From assembly GCA_035221665.1 (NCBI GenBank), contig CM069143.1, forward strand, positions 25,606,001-25,670,000: a stretch of 64,000 nucleotides of DNA, written 5' to 3'. The first letter of the stretch is position 1; each line of letters starts with the position of its first letter. Below, in pieces: positions 37,455-50,030 of the stretch. The position numbers and the translations under genes were made by a program. Origin of the DNA: Okamejei kenojei (taxonomy: Eukaryota). The notes beneath the pieces are model-generated. The model made no database searches and was not told the origin of the DNA. It was given only the letters and a program-made list of their open reading frames with translations.

Positions 37455-37596
37455 GAGTCTGAATGAGGGTCCCGACGCGAAACATCACCTATCCATGCTC
37501 TTCACAGAAGCTGCCTGGCCTGCTGAGTTATTCCAGAACTTTGTGTTGTTTTTTGTTGTGGTTTTGTAAGCGCGCATCTGCAGTTCCTTGTGTCTC
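37455..37596 (+). mobile_element. Penelope-derived hammerhead element copy
   Basis: AGTCTGAATGAGGGTCCCGACGCGAAACATCACCTATCC...GCATCTGCAGTTCC. Confidence 0.7.
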
Positions 37597-38254
37597 GTCT
37601 GGTGTTTGCTAGTTCCTTTGAGATGTTGATCACTCGAAGTAGAGTACGGTTGTCCCTGGTGGGCCTTTCTGTGGAATGGAATTAAGTTGGTACAGAATAG
37701 GGTTAATTGCGTAGCCAGGCCCGCCACAGTGTTCAGCGCCCCGTGTTCCTCTCTCTGACATCCATAGTTTCAAGCCAGGTTGTTTATTGTCATAGGTACA
37801 GTGAGGTACAGATACAATGAACATCACCTTGCTCCCTTTGGCCCTATGCGGATTACATGTCCATCACCTGCTCCCGGTCTCTCGTAGACAACCTCTTCAA
37901 ATCCACCAACGCCCCTGTCTTCAGCAAAAGATAACATCTTCAAACATTAGAGGTATGGATTGGACATTCCTGGTGCGCATCAGGCACTCGCTCCTGTAAT
38001 CCAGTGAAGGTTCCCCGACCTGAGACGTTGACTCTATTTCTATTACCATTACCGTAGACGCTGCCCGACCTGCTGAGAATTACCAGAATTCACTGTTTTT
38101 CTTCCCGCCCCGGTTGTTACCGGATCAACTATCAATCTACCTGTCGGGTCAGAATACTGTATGTATGTGATCTTACAGTTCAGGGTCTTGCTCCAAAGAG
38201 TGTCTGACCTCACGTCACCGTTAATGCTGCACCGGAGTGTCCGAGTATGCTCTT

Positions 38255-38556
38255 AATTCAGTTTAGAAATACAGCACGGAAACAGGCCCTTCGGTCCACC
38301 GAGTCCACGCCAATCATCGATATCCTCACTCGGTGTTATGTTATTCCACTTTCTCATCCACTCCGTACACACTAGGGTCAATTCACAGAGGACAATTAAC
38401 CCACAAACCTGAAAGTCTTTGGGATATGGAAGGAAACCGCAGCACCCGGTAGAATCCCATGCGGTCACAGGGAGAACGTGCAAACACCACACAGACTGCA
38501 CCCGAGGTCAGGATTGAACCCGCAACTCTACCTGCTGCGCCACTGTGGCGCCCCTA
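38255..38556 (-). mobile_element. tRNA-derived SINE (HE1/V-SINE-like)
   Basis: Same family as the 19915 and 34525 elements. Confidence 0.8.
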
Positions 38557-38654
38557 AATCTGCTGAAGTGAATTGGGGTTAAACCCTAAACATTCTCCCG
38601 TATGTGCGCGAACCTGTCAACTATAAGTTTATACAGGGGTCCCTTATTTTTTAA

Positions 38655-38895
38655 TAACAAGGAACTAGAAATGCTGGTTTATACCAAATATAGACAAACA
38701 ATTTTGGAGTAATTCAATGGATCAGAAAGCATTCTCTGGAGAAGATGGATTGGTAAGGTTTCGGGTCGGGATCCTACTTGAGACCAGTATTCGGTGCCTA
38801 TCTTCGCTCATTTTTAAACTGCGACGCGGGTTACCGATGCTCCTTCGCTCCGTAGATGCTGCCTCACCCGCTGAGTTTCTCCAGCATTTTTGTCC
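38655..38895. mobile_element. Inverted pair of Penelope-derived element fragments
   Basis: Minus copy ...GGTTTCGGGTCGGGATCC followed by plus copy CCTTCGCTCCGTAGATGCTGCCTCACCCGCTGAGTTTCTCCAGCATTTTTGT. Confidence 0.65.
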
Positions 38896-41800
38896 ACATC
38901 CTCTGCACATCCGCCCTGGTTGCGCAAGATATGTCTGCTTGAAAATGGATTCAGCCTACTTGTCATTCCCAGCAAGTCGTGTGACTGATATTGGACACAC
39001 GCTATGAAACAATTCCCTCTGCGTCAGAAATGTATCCACAACTTAAATACAATGACGTTATTTTCAATTAGTCGTTTCCGCAAATTCTCCAAATGACAGA
39101 ATTATTATTAAGGGGGGGGGGGGGGGGGGGGGGGGTTGCTGCTGGAAGACTGTGTTATAGGAAAATGAGGCCGGTTAGTTTCGTGACAGGAGATCTCCCG
39201 GTTTTTGAGGTTAGTTAGACCACAGTTACTCTGGCCCGTACAGATGCAGCGATGTCCGTTAAGTCAACGTCCCGGAGACCTCAATGTCCCGCGACTCTGA
39301 GCCTTCGCACAAGCGTCGGTAACGTCGTCTGATCATCTTAACAGGGGTTCCTCGTCGCCAGCCAGTGAACTATGGATGGGGCAAGGTGTATTGGGACCAA
39401 CTCACCCATATCGCCTCATGCTTTCCCAATACTAACGAAATTACTATCGTTGAATTACATCCCGCGAGAAAGCTAACGTTAAAATCGCGGTTAAATTAAT
39501 CTTCGCTTTGCAACCTTTCACTGCGCAATAAGTAATCTTAATAACACCCACCATGCTATTTTCAAAATAAGCTGCCCAAGAGACAACTAGTGGGGCACTG
39601 AATGTAAACTGAACCCCGACCAACGCCAATGCAATCAGCGCTCGGGAGTCACTGAGGAAAGTGTTGGCCAAATCGAGTTTTAGGCAGAAAATACCCGGCA
39701 ATAGAGGCAGGGAGAGGAAATGGCTGGTTCACGCTGGGCTAAAGACGGGAATTTCACGTCCGCGCGCACTAACACTTATAACGATAACAATGAGGATATT
39801 TATTTTTTGTTAGCCTGTTGCAAATGTATAAACGTATAAACGCTAATTAGGCTTCATATCCTAGATTATAACGATCCTATATTTTCTCCAATGTAACAGG
39901 CGATGGGCGGTGTCCGGAGAATCGCCGAGACCCCGCTCAGTGACAATGGAATGGGCGCTGTCGCAAAAACCTCTCCCACTGGAGGGAAGATTGTTCCCAG
40001 AGCCAATAAGACCGCGACAATGATGAATAGATGGGACTGGAAATGTCGAGAGTTACCTGGGCTTGGTCTCGGAAAGATGATGATTTTTGATCATGTATAT
40101 ATTATATTATAACGTTTGGTTTACAAGAATTTGATGTGATATCCATACTTTGTGTCAGACTCCGGGACTAGCCGTCTCGTGGGATAGATATAGTTCACCT
40201 AAACTGGGCACAGGTTGCTTCAGGGTCGACCTCTGACCTCGGGACTGAGAGTTTGAGGTTCAAACGCCATTGTGGAGAGTTGAACTCCGACTCCGGGCTA
40301 AATGACCTTTACTAAAATCATCTATCCGATATTCAGTTTCCGTTCAGTTTAGTTTATTGTCACGTGTACCACGGCACAATGAAAAGCTTTTGTTGACGTG
40401 GGTTATTGACAGGGCTATTGGTGAGATCTGGCCGTTACACTCGGGTTTCATTCGATTTCCCGCATTGTATATCAACGGGGAAATTATTGCGGGATCTCCG
40501 GAGGTTGTGTAGTGGTGTGTAAATGTAAGGCCACTTGCTTTCGTTCGGGTAATTGATAAAGTGGCCCGGTTCTCTTCGTTCAGCAACAAACAACAGTTTG
40601 TTTACCGTACATACAGCTTCCTCGCTTTGGGCCGGTGCCAGAGTAGAGGGTCGCGGTTGTATTATGAATGTGCAAGGTTGGGGCAGAGGAGGCCGGTTGG
40701 AGATGTGTCCTGGCAGCGCGGACATGGGTCTAAAATGGCACACTGGAAATGCATTGAATTTTAAGTGTGTTTAATTAAACTAGATTAAATGGTTAAACAG
40801 GATGCAGAAGCGAATGTGAAGGGAAAGTTTCAGGTCGAGTGCTCACCAACAAAGTCTCTTTTTAAAACGTCATTCAGGGTTTAATGCAGAGCGCTGGTAA
40901 TGCCCCCGCGGGTGCACGCTCTATAGGGAAGTGAATTCTGATTGTATTGTAGGCAGCAGAGAAAGCGTTGTTGTTTTAATTAACTAGAAATGCGGATTTT
41001 CCGCAAGAAATTCACATAATTACATGAACGGATGCAGGTAAACGCCGGTCTAATTTTAAAATGCGGAAATGTAGCTTAGTGCATTGTTTGGGCCCATTCG
41101 GCTCTCCCTCTGTTTTTTTTTTTTTCCTTTTGTTCTGTTTAAACGTTTCCTATACCTTATTCGTTCTTATGATCCCCCCCACACCCCCCCCCCCCCCCTT
41201 CTCACAATTACACCGAAACGCACTCCACAGGTCCTAGGTGGCGGGGTCTCGCCCAGCGAAGCAACAGGAGGAAGCTTGTGGGAAACACAATGCGGCCAAC
41301 GGATGGCATAGCAGGCGCTCTAGGAGCATTGTTGTGATCAGTTTGGAGGGGACTGCAAGTCTCACACCTCGCCTGCAAATATAGGGGGGGGGGGGGGGGG
41401 GTAGAATAAGGCGATTGGGGAGGGGTGCGGATTGGCAGAGGAGTGAGCCCACGAACACATCGGTGTCCTGAAACGCGGGGTTTGGAAAGAGAAGCCTTGA
41501 CTTACGATGAGAGAGGACAGGGCGTGAAAGTAGTATCATCATCAGTTTTGACCCAAAGAAAGGAAAACACATCTCCGACAAAAGAAAGCCTATTCGATTC
41601 AACGAGGTCGTTAGGACAACCAAAAAATATCCTCGGATGATTAGTTCCACTTCAAAGGAATTTACATTCAGCGGTGGAAAAGCAGCCCCTTTATTTAACC
41701 ACAGGGTTTTTTTTCATTAAGAGGAATCGTATGTTTGGCCATTGTGTTTAATTTTCTCCTTTCAGAGAACACTTGTATTAAAATAAATAACAGGACCATT

Positions 41801-43087
41801 ATAAACTGCTAATTGTGCTGCGTAAACCTATAAAAAGAATCTATAAAATAGAAGGGGGGGGAAAGAAACAAACCAGGGCATTGGAGGATATGTGTTAGAC
41901 GACGACGCCCTTCTAAAGTGAATGGGAAATGCATCAGAAAAGGAGAGGCCGGGGGCTGTGCAAAATCCTACACATTTAGGGTTATTTTTGATCGCACAGC
42001 CTAGCATCATTTGTAAACTGGGGCGTGTCTTTACTCCACGCAAGTCAGCCAACCTCGCTACATATTTGTACAGAATCTCTCGCTCCTTTCGTTTAATAAC
42101 AAACGGTTATTAAATTAAAGGAGCGCGGTTCAGTTTTATTGATTATTTACTGTCAACGTTGATACATTATATGCGCAAGCGATCAATAACACTTCAACGT
42201 CCGCATCGGTATTTCGAAAAGTGCATATTGTAGCAACAATTTATATTTATCTCATTTAAACGTTTAATTCACATAGTTTCTCTACAGTTGTTATCAGGAC
42301 TGAAATCTGTTGATGTCAACAGTAGAATACATCATTTCAATCGTGCACATAGATTTCAACCAGTGTAACAGGTTGAATGCGGATATCCTCGACTCGTACT
42401 GTTACCCAAATATTGATGGGCTTATTTGATTGGGATATGAATAAATCGATAAAACCAGCATTTATGGAAATCACACTCGACTGCCCAATATTAATTGTCA
42501 TCTAAAGTAGAATCCCTTTGCTGACTCCGTCGGAGACATTTCCCTGTTATATCCAAGACACGGTCAGAAATAGCAAGTTACGAATGTTCTATTGTTTTAA
42601 AGTGGTTCTACTCGGAAAGGGGTGTGTTGAGATTGGGGCTGTAGCTAATCATTTGGCGGAGAGCCGAGGTTCCGGGACGGGACAGTAGCCACTCAAGGCC
42701 GCGCTCTGTCAACCTGCGATTTGCTGTTTGTGAATCCTTTGTGTTCTATCTTCTGACTGTTCCTCTCCTGCGCTAGACACTGGAGCACACAAACGTGACA
42801 GTTTCTCTGTCAAAACTCGCTGCTGAAGAACTCTCGGAGCACGTTAATTCGCACATTTATTGTTCCACTCGTTTGGATATTTCGCATGAATTAGCTGCGA
42901 ATTGATTTGTATCCAAATGACCAACACTATCAAAGAACAAGGGCCACACATAATTACGGCGACATGACATTACAGGAGTGTCCAGCTTTGAGTTCTGAGT
43001 CGGCTCGCTCTTGAGAATAACGACATCCTTACAGCTCAGGAGTGAAGTGAAGGTTGCAGTTTGGTATTGCACGCTTGGTAGACGGGT

Positions 43088-44094
43088 TCAGTTGTCTGTA
43101 TAGCCAATGGCCTTTGGGGATTGTGTGTCGAGCTGGGCAGTGGGACAATTCTGGGTAGTTCGGGCACAACTACCGCCGCCCCTCCTTTGACAGGTGTACC
43201 AAGCGTTGAGGAGGCCGGCGGGCGGAGCGTGCGTCCAGGGGGGCGCGGTGTGGAGCCCATCTCCCGGGGAGGGTGCGGGTCGCATGGCGGCACCGAGCCG
43301 TACTCCGTGCAGCCGCCCCTCCGGTGGGTGCGTGGCGGACGGGACTAGCCGAATGGAAGCGACTGAGTCCATTCTGAAATCGGAGCGGTTCAAAGGCAGG
43401 AAATTCATTCTGTCGTCCGCCCAGCTGGAAGGCCGCGGGACAGCCGTGGCACTCGGTCGCACCAGCGACAAGGGCTCCATTCGCAGGTCGGAGTGAGGGG
43501 AAGTCAGTTGGTTGCTGAAGTCACACAGACTGGCGGAAAACCGGCAGAACGAGGCTCCCGTTTTGATTCCAGAGGTCGGGGCCACTTTCATTGCCAACCG
43601 ATTGCAATCTGAATGGCCGGAATGAGATTCGGGTCGAACTGGGGCTACTTGAGCAAGCGGCCTTGGCGTAGGCATTGGGTCACCAACCCGAGCATGACTC
43701 GACCGATCTAACTTGTCCTCCAGTCTAGAGGGTGACGGTGAAAGTGACACAGGTGCTGGCGCTGCCTTGTCCTCGGGTCGGTTGAAGGGCAAGGGACAGG
43801 ACGGGGCGCCGTGCTGACATAATCCTACGTCCCCTGAAGAGAAGTCACTCTCCGTGTCCGAGTACAAGACACCGGTGAATGACTCCCGCTCACAGCTGAG
43901 CGGCGGCTCGGCCTTACAATGCATCTTCATGTGCTTTCGCAGAGAGCTCGGGTGCGTGTATGACTTGTCGCAGTCCTTGACTTTGCAGGTGTACGGTTTG
44001 TCGCTGGTGTGCACATGCGAGTGTTTCTTCCGATCGCTGCTGTTCGCGAACCTTCTGTCACAACCCTCGAACTCACACTTGAAAGGTTTCTCAC
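43088..44094 (-). CDS. zic6: Zic6 exon 2 (ZF4-ZF5 and long C-terminal tail)
   Basis: Acceptor ...TTTATCAAG|GTGAGAAACC; [61 protein letters not shown] (subclass-B KKHSHVH, no intron after KHMK); C-terminal LLNAWYTC motif; stop at 43088-43090. Confidence 0.9.
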
Positions 44095-44948
44095 CTTGAT
44101 AAAGGATAAAGATTTGTAATGCCTCGCATGTGTAAATCACAATTCCTTAAATGTATAAATACGTTACTTTGAAAATATAATCTATTCTCCCCAAATCTAA
44201 TACAACAAGTTCGCATATATACGTAAACACACGGACAACAGCTTCAAGTACTCTCACTGCCAATCTGCATGTACTACTTTATCCTACAATGAGACCCAAC
44301 GGAATTGCCAAGCGTTTGTAGCTATTTTTGAGTATAGTGAATTTATGGAGCACCTGTATTGGACTATATTTGAATATTCTATTTGGATACACGTGTCAGA
44401 TTTGCATGCACAAACAACGATTGTCATAAATAAGTAGTGATCTTTCTGATGTGGTCTAATGTTATAACAAATATTGGCCTCTGCGCTGCCCGGGCAAGGC
44501 CCGTGTATTTACGGTACAATCTCATCGCTTTCCAATTCTATGGGGCCACTGGGACGAGTGGGGAAGATCACCTCAGTAAGACAGTGGGGGGTGTAAACGT
44601 TGCTAGTACATCGGACTCTCTAAATACAGTACCATTCCAAACTTCTCAAAGACACGGACATCTCCAGAGCAACGTATCCATGGATAAACCCTATGGATGC
44701 AACTAAGCACCAAGACTGCGTCTACCATTATTTTTTGGGTGAACATCTTGTTTTTAATAGCTTGATATAACTGGTAATTAATTGAGCATCTGCGCATGGC
44801 GACCTCCTGCTCATTCCCACGGCTCTAGCATGTATATAGTATAGAAAGAGCCAGAGCTCTTTTACAGTGCGAAAGAAAGTTTAACAACAATCCAAGTTTG
44901 CGAAGACTTGCCAAAGAGCGTGAGCAAGGCAGCGGCGAGCGCACTGAC

Positions 44949-45966
44949 CTGTGTGAATCCTCTTGTGTATCTTCAGGTTTTCTGACCTAGCGAATACCTT
45001 CTCACAGCCGGGGTAAGGGCAATGGAAAGGTTTCTCCCCTGTGTGGACTCTGACGTGGTTTATGAGTTTGTACTTGGCTTTGAAGGCCTTGCCCTCCCTG
45101 GGGCAGTTCTCCCACTGACAGACATGGCAAGGCTGCTCGGAGCCTGCGACGTGCTCCACGCTCAGGTGAGCCACCAGCTCATGCAAGCTGCCGAACGTTT
45201 CAGAACAGCAGCTCTTGGGAGTGAGCTCGCCGTCCATCCACCTGCACACCAGCTCACGTTTGACGGGTTGCAGGTAGGTGTAGAACGGAGCGGTGCCGCC
45301 GTGAGACGAGGCGCTCACGTTGAGGTTGATGGGGCTGTATCCCTGGAGCAGCGAGGTAACGTAGTGGTCGCCCCTCGGCCCGGCCACCTGGCTGTACCGG
45401 CGGGACCTGGCGATGAAGTCCCCCGCTATCCCCAGCGGCATGTGCTCGCTGACGGCCCTGGCGGTCGGGCTGCCTCGGTAGCTCTGGTCGCGCAAGGCGG
45501 GGATGAACGGGTGACCCCCAGTCTCCGCGTGGCCGCCACACTCGTGGAACCTTCGCTCGGCCGAGCAAAAGGCGCCCTGTGGCACATTGGCTGCAGGCTG
45601 TTGGTCCGCGACCCCCGGCATGGAAGATGCGGAGAAAGGCCGCCGGCCCAGGAGCTCCCCGGCGGCCCCCACGCGGTGCCCGCTGAAGCCGGAGTAGCAT
45701 TGATAGGGGACTGTGAGACTGGCGCTGGAGGGGTACTCGCATATATTGTGCGAGGGGCTGAGCTTTAAGGAGAGCGCCAAGTGTTCTGGGGACAGAGGTG
45801 ACGGCCCCATGCTGCGCTCCGCGCCGCTCTCTCCCGGGTACACATGTGACAGAGCATAGCCACTGAATCTTGGCACGGCCGTCAGCAGCTGCTCGGACGG
45901 CCGCTCACCTCTGGCCACGTCCGCTAATCTCAGCGCTGGCACTCGCCGACAAGGGCCAGTGTCCAT
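44949..45966 (-). CDS. zic6: Zic6 exon 1 (N-terminus, ZF-NC, ZF1-ZF3)
   Basis: First ATG after an in-frame TGA; PRFSG...PGES...[59 protein letters not shown]. Phase-1 donor ACAG|GTCAGT. Joined CDS 2025 nt = 674 aa. Head-to-head with Zic3. Confidence 0.88.
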
Positions 45967-45999
45967 AGCCACTGTAATCTGCACCTTCTCCCTACAACC

Positions 46000-46710
46000 C
46001 CCTCATAAACGGATCGGGAGCAAGGGCGCAGATCCCCTGATCCATATTTCATACAGCCATACTGAATCAACCCCCTAATCTCAGGAGCACAAAGGCATCA
46101 AAACAGACCAGGGTCCTGGAATAAAAGCACAGCGGGAAGGTCTGCTTTTTTAAAATGAAGGGCGAGAGGGATTGGAGGGATTTTTTTAAATGACTGACGC
46201 CAGCCTCGTCCGCCAGAGGAGATACGCATGCGCTCGCAGCGTGGTTCCTCGCTCGGATCTTGCAAGAATAAAATGCTTTGAACAACACCCGACGTCATCA
46301 TGCAACCCCATTGTGTTGTCTGCGCCCCTGGGTTGAGTTAAGTCCAAAGATTGATGTGCCCTTGGTAGGGCAATACTGCCCTAAATATTAAAGAAGTGGG
46401 TCCTTTCCAATGGTCGACCAATGTGTAGATTTGGCCCCGGCAGCGGGCGTCCCGGGTCCGTCCCAACACAAAGATCGCATCAGCAACGAAAACTCACAAC
46501 GGTTAACCTGCCCGCAACTTATGTGACGCCCAGTTCAGCGGCAAGGAGCTGGAGCTCAGCAATCACAAACACTGGCGTGGCTCTTAAATCATCTCAAATA
46601 CTTTTACTCTGCTTTTCATGTTCTCTGATGCTGACTGGCGCGCTGCTCAATGCGCCCAGAACTGTTGCTGATTGCATGAGCGGTCCGGGAACCTGACGTC
46701 AGGGGATAAT
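46000..46710 (-). promoter_or_regulatory. Candidate Zic6 promoter / 5' region
   Basis: CpG-rich; full CRE palindrome TGACGTCA at 46694-46701, CRE-like half sites near 46195, 46291 and 46524, CCAAT motifs near 46407-46422. TSS unknown. Confidence 0.45.
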
Positions 46711-46716
46711 GCGCAA

Positions 46717-46739
46717 CCCCCCCCCCCCCCCCCCCCCCA

Positions 46740-46791
<52 letters not shown>

Positions 46792-46920
46792 GACTGGCAC
46801 GCTCACGGCCATATTCATATTACTGGAAATACTGCCATGGAACCACATACAGAAGCTCTGCCAAATATTACCGCGGGCAATACACGAAATATGGAGACCG
46901 CATATTTGGGCATTGGCCCT

Positions 46921-46952
<32 letters not shown>

Positions 46953-47243
46953 TTCTCTCCCTCTCTCTGCGCCTCTCTGTCTGTATCTCTGTCTCTCACT
47001 GTCTGTCTCTCGCGCTCTCTGTCTCTCTCGCTCTTTCTCTGTCGCTCTCTGTTTTTCCATCTCTCTCTCTCTGGCTGTGTGTGTCACTCTCTCTCTCTGT
47101 CTCTCTGTCTCCCCCCTCTCTCTCTCTCGCATACTCACTGTCTCTTTCAGTCCCTCTCTCTCTGTATCTCTCTCTATCTCTGTCTGTCTCTCGCGCTCTC
47201 TGTATCTCTCGCTCTCTGTCTCTCTCTTATTTTTCAATCTCTG
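46717..47243. repeat. Poly-C, (CT)n and (CA)n simple-repeat complex
   Basis: Direct inspection; it runs into an assembly gap. Confidence 0.9.
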
Positions 47244-47503
47244 NNNNNNNNNNNNNNNNNNNNNNNNNNNNNNNNNNNNNNNNNNNNNNNNNNNNNNNNN
47301 NNNNNNNNNNNNNNNNNNNNNNNNNNNNNNNNNNNNNNNNNNNNNNNNNNNNNNNNNNNNNNNNNNNNNNNNNNNNNNNNNNNNNNNNNNNNNNNNNNNN
47401 NNNNNNNNNNNNNNNNNNNNNNNNNNNNNNNNNNNNNNNNNNNNNNNNNNNNNNNNNNNNNNNNNNNNNNNNNNNNNNNNNNNNNNNNNNNNNNNNNNNN
47501 NNN
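47244..47503. other. Assembly gap (N run)
   Basis: 260 N. Confidence 1.
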
Positions 47504-49694
47504 GCACACGAATGTCCAAACGGAGAGAGCCAAATGCTGACATGAACACACACACACATCATAGGATGCACTCTCTCTCTCGTCATCCCTCTCTCTCATA
47601 CTTGCAACAGCACAAGACACACATAATACATACAACATGCTCTATACAGATACACAGAGATAGACTGGATCACAACTAAACATGTACTAATTTCAAAACA
47701 CACGCTAGGCACCAACACACAAATACGGATATTGTGTGTACTTATAAATACAGATATGTACACAACACTGACAACGCAAACATAGACACACTAAGAGGGT
47801 GGGACGAAACAATAAAGGCAAATACGTTCAAAGTGAATTTGAAAATATAAAGCAGGTTGGTTAAATTAATATTTCGGAAATCCCATGTAATAATTATGAC
47901 CAAAATTAGATACACCGCCCAGGTAATTTCGCTACAATAATGAGCGGTAAGATGGCTATTACTTGCCTTTCACGAGATGCAAGCGGCATCGCCTGCTTCT
48001 GCTTAATGTGAAGAGGTTGATTTGTGTAAATTCGCACATAATCTTGCTCCATATTGTATGTAACTGAAGAATGATGGTTAGTTTTGTTTCCAGTTCCTGC
48101 GGTTCCAACCCCTGGAACCACGGGCCCGGCTGTTTGCACCCGCCGTTCATCCCCAGCTTTCCTGGAATATGTAAACCAGGCAACATTGCCAAATCCACCC
48201 GCGGCCCAGATCTTGGCTCCAAACATCTCCCGTTATTGATGGGGCACAGAGTTCAGGCGTGTCTAAATTCAGCACTTACATTAGTTGTCATGATACCGAT
48301 ATATCAAATAGCTTAGTGTGTTAATAGAGCCTGAATTAATATTAAGATGAGATGGACGGAATGTTAACTGCAGGAAGCTCTGGGAACTTGTCGTGTCTCT
48401 TATCCACTTTTATCATTAAAACATGAAGAGAGAGAAGCGTTCGGCTGGGGAGTGTCGTTCACCGACGCGGGCTGCTTTTCACCGTCCTTGTCAATCTCTC
48501 TTTGTTCCAATCAATCCGGCGAACTCGGGGTTCAGTTCCTGCGAACCCCAGGATCCGAGCGGACCCTCGAACGCGGGGTTCCAATGTGATCCAGGCCCGC
48601 TCCCAGCAGTGACAGTGACTCACCGAAAACTCTCTTAATTCCGGGGTGCGCCGGTTGTCATTTGCAATACAGCAGTTCAGTTTTCGTTTGGAGTGCACAT
48701 TACCAGTAATTTGTGGTGAAGGAAATCACACAAATTTCTTCAGTTTAAGCGTAGAAACTGCCGCTTATTTTTCTTGTTGGGACACGATCTTTAATGCGAT
48801 ATTTTTAATTTCACATTTGTCACAATGTACACAATTGTCAGAACAACTAGTTACAGACATATTAAAAAAATCTACTTGAACATACCCGTGTTTAAGCCAT
48901 ACAGTGTTCTGTTATTCTATTTCCACAAGCACCTATTTCCCAGAAATCTATTTCAATATGTGCAAATATAATGGAAGTGTGATGTATTCGAGGTAAGTTT
49001 GTTTTGTTTCCATCACCGCTTACGTAATTTTTCAAAAGACTTCTAAAGCCAAATTCATCGCGGTAAGGTGGATCTGAAATGTTTTAGCAGTGAGACTCAT
49101 TCGGTTTCTCTGCAGCTGCTGAACCCGATTTCATCGAAGTACTTGCGAAGTAGAATCACTCAACAAACTGGGACGCAGCTTTGCAGAAAACATTCCAACC
49201 CGAAGTAGCTATTTCGTTTCAGATCCTAATTTCAAATTTGAAATTGGAGATTAAAATTAATTCAGTTTTGACTGTTCGTTCTGGTTTTGGTGAACGAAAG
49301 GCGGTTTCTCATCTCTCCGTGATTTCAAATAATATTTGATGGGATCATGAGCCATGGGCCATGGGCTATGAGCCACGAGACAAGACACGGATACAGTGTA
49401 AATCGCCGGTTGTAATCGTAACCTATAGAGCAGCATACAGATTGCGGATACACTGGGAGCTCCAGAAATGAACAAATAGATCAGTAGGCCAATATATAGA
49501 TCAATAATGATACACGTACATAGGACTACACAGGAGGCCGGGCAGCAGCTGTGGAAGAGGCAGGGCGTTCTCATAGAAATCATGACAAGCGTTTACTATT
49601 GTAAGCGTTGGGGGATTTTTTTTGTACTCGCGCAATATTGCAGGAAATTCGGCAGATGATCTGCTCACTGCAAGATTCCACAAATGATGACACC

Positions 49695-50030
49695 ACCGGG
49701 AACTGCAGATGCTGGAATCTTGAGCAGAACTGCCGGAACAAAGTGCCGGAGCAACTCGGCGAGGCAGGCAGCATCTGTGGGCAGCCTCGCTGAGATCCCC
49801 CCCCCCCCCCCCCCCCCAAGGTTCCACAACTAACGACGTGATGAAGAGAGAGGCTTGTTTTTTAAATGTGGACTGAGGGGCAACTGTAGGCGAGTTCCCC
49901 CTTACCCTTCACAAAGTCTTGGAGGAACCCAGCGGGTCAGACAGCATCTGTAGTCAGCATGGATAGACGCGCTGAGTCCATCCAGCACATTGTGTCTTGC
50001 TTACATATGCCTCCAACATTTGCGCTTCCT
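49695..50030. mobile_element. Penelope-tail fragments in the Zic6-Zic3 intergenic region
   Basis: GGAACTGCAGATGCTGG...GGAGCAACTCGGCGAGGCAGGCAGCATCTGTGG and GGAGGAACCCAGCGGGTCAGACAGCATCTG. Confidence 0.6.

Noticed and set aside
45022-45768. 248-aa antisense ORF over Zic6 exon 1, and similar ORFs over Zic3 exon 1
   Set aside because: Shadow ORFs expected from GC-rich coding sequence; no recognisable domain.
46672-47679. Long ORFs of 250-335 aa between the Zic genes
   Set aside because: They run through (CT)n/(CA)n repeats and an N gap; not coding.
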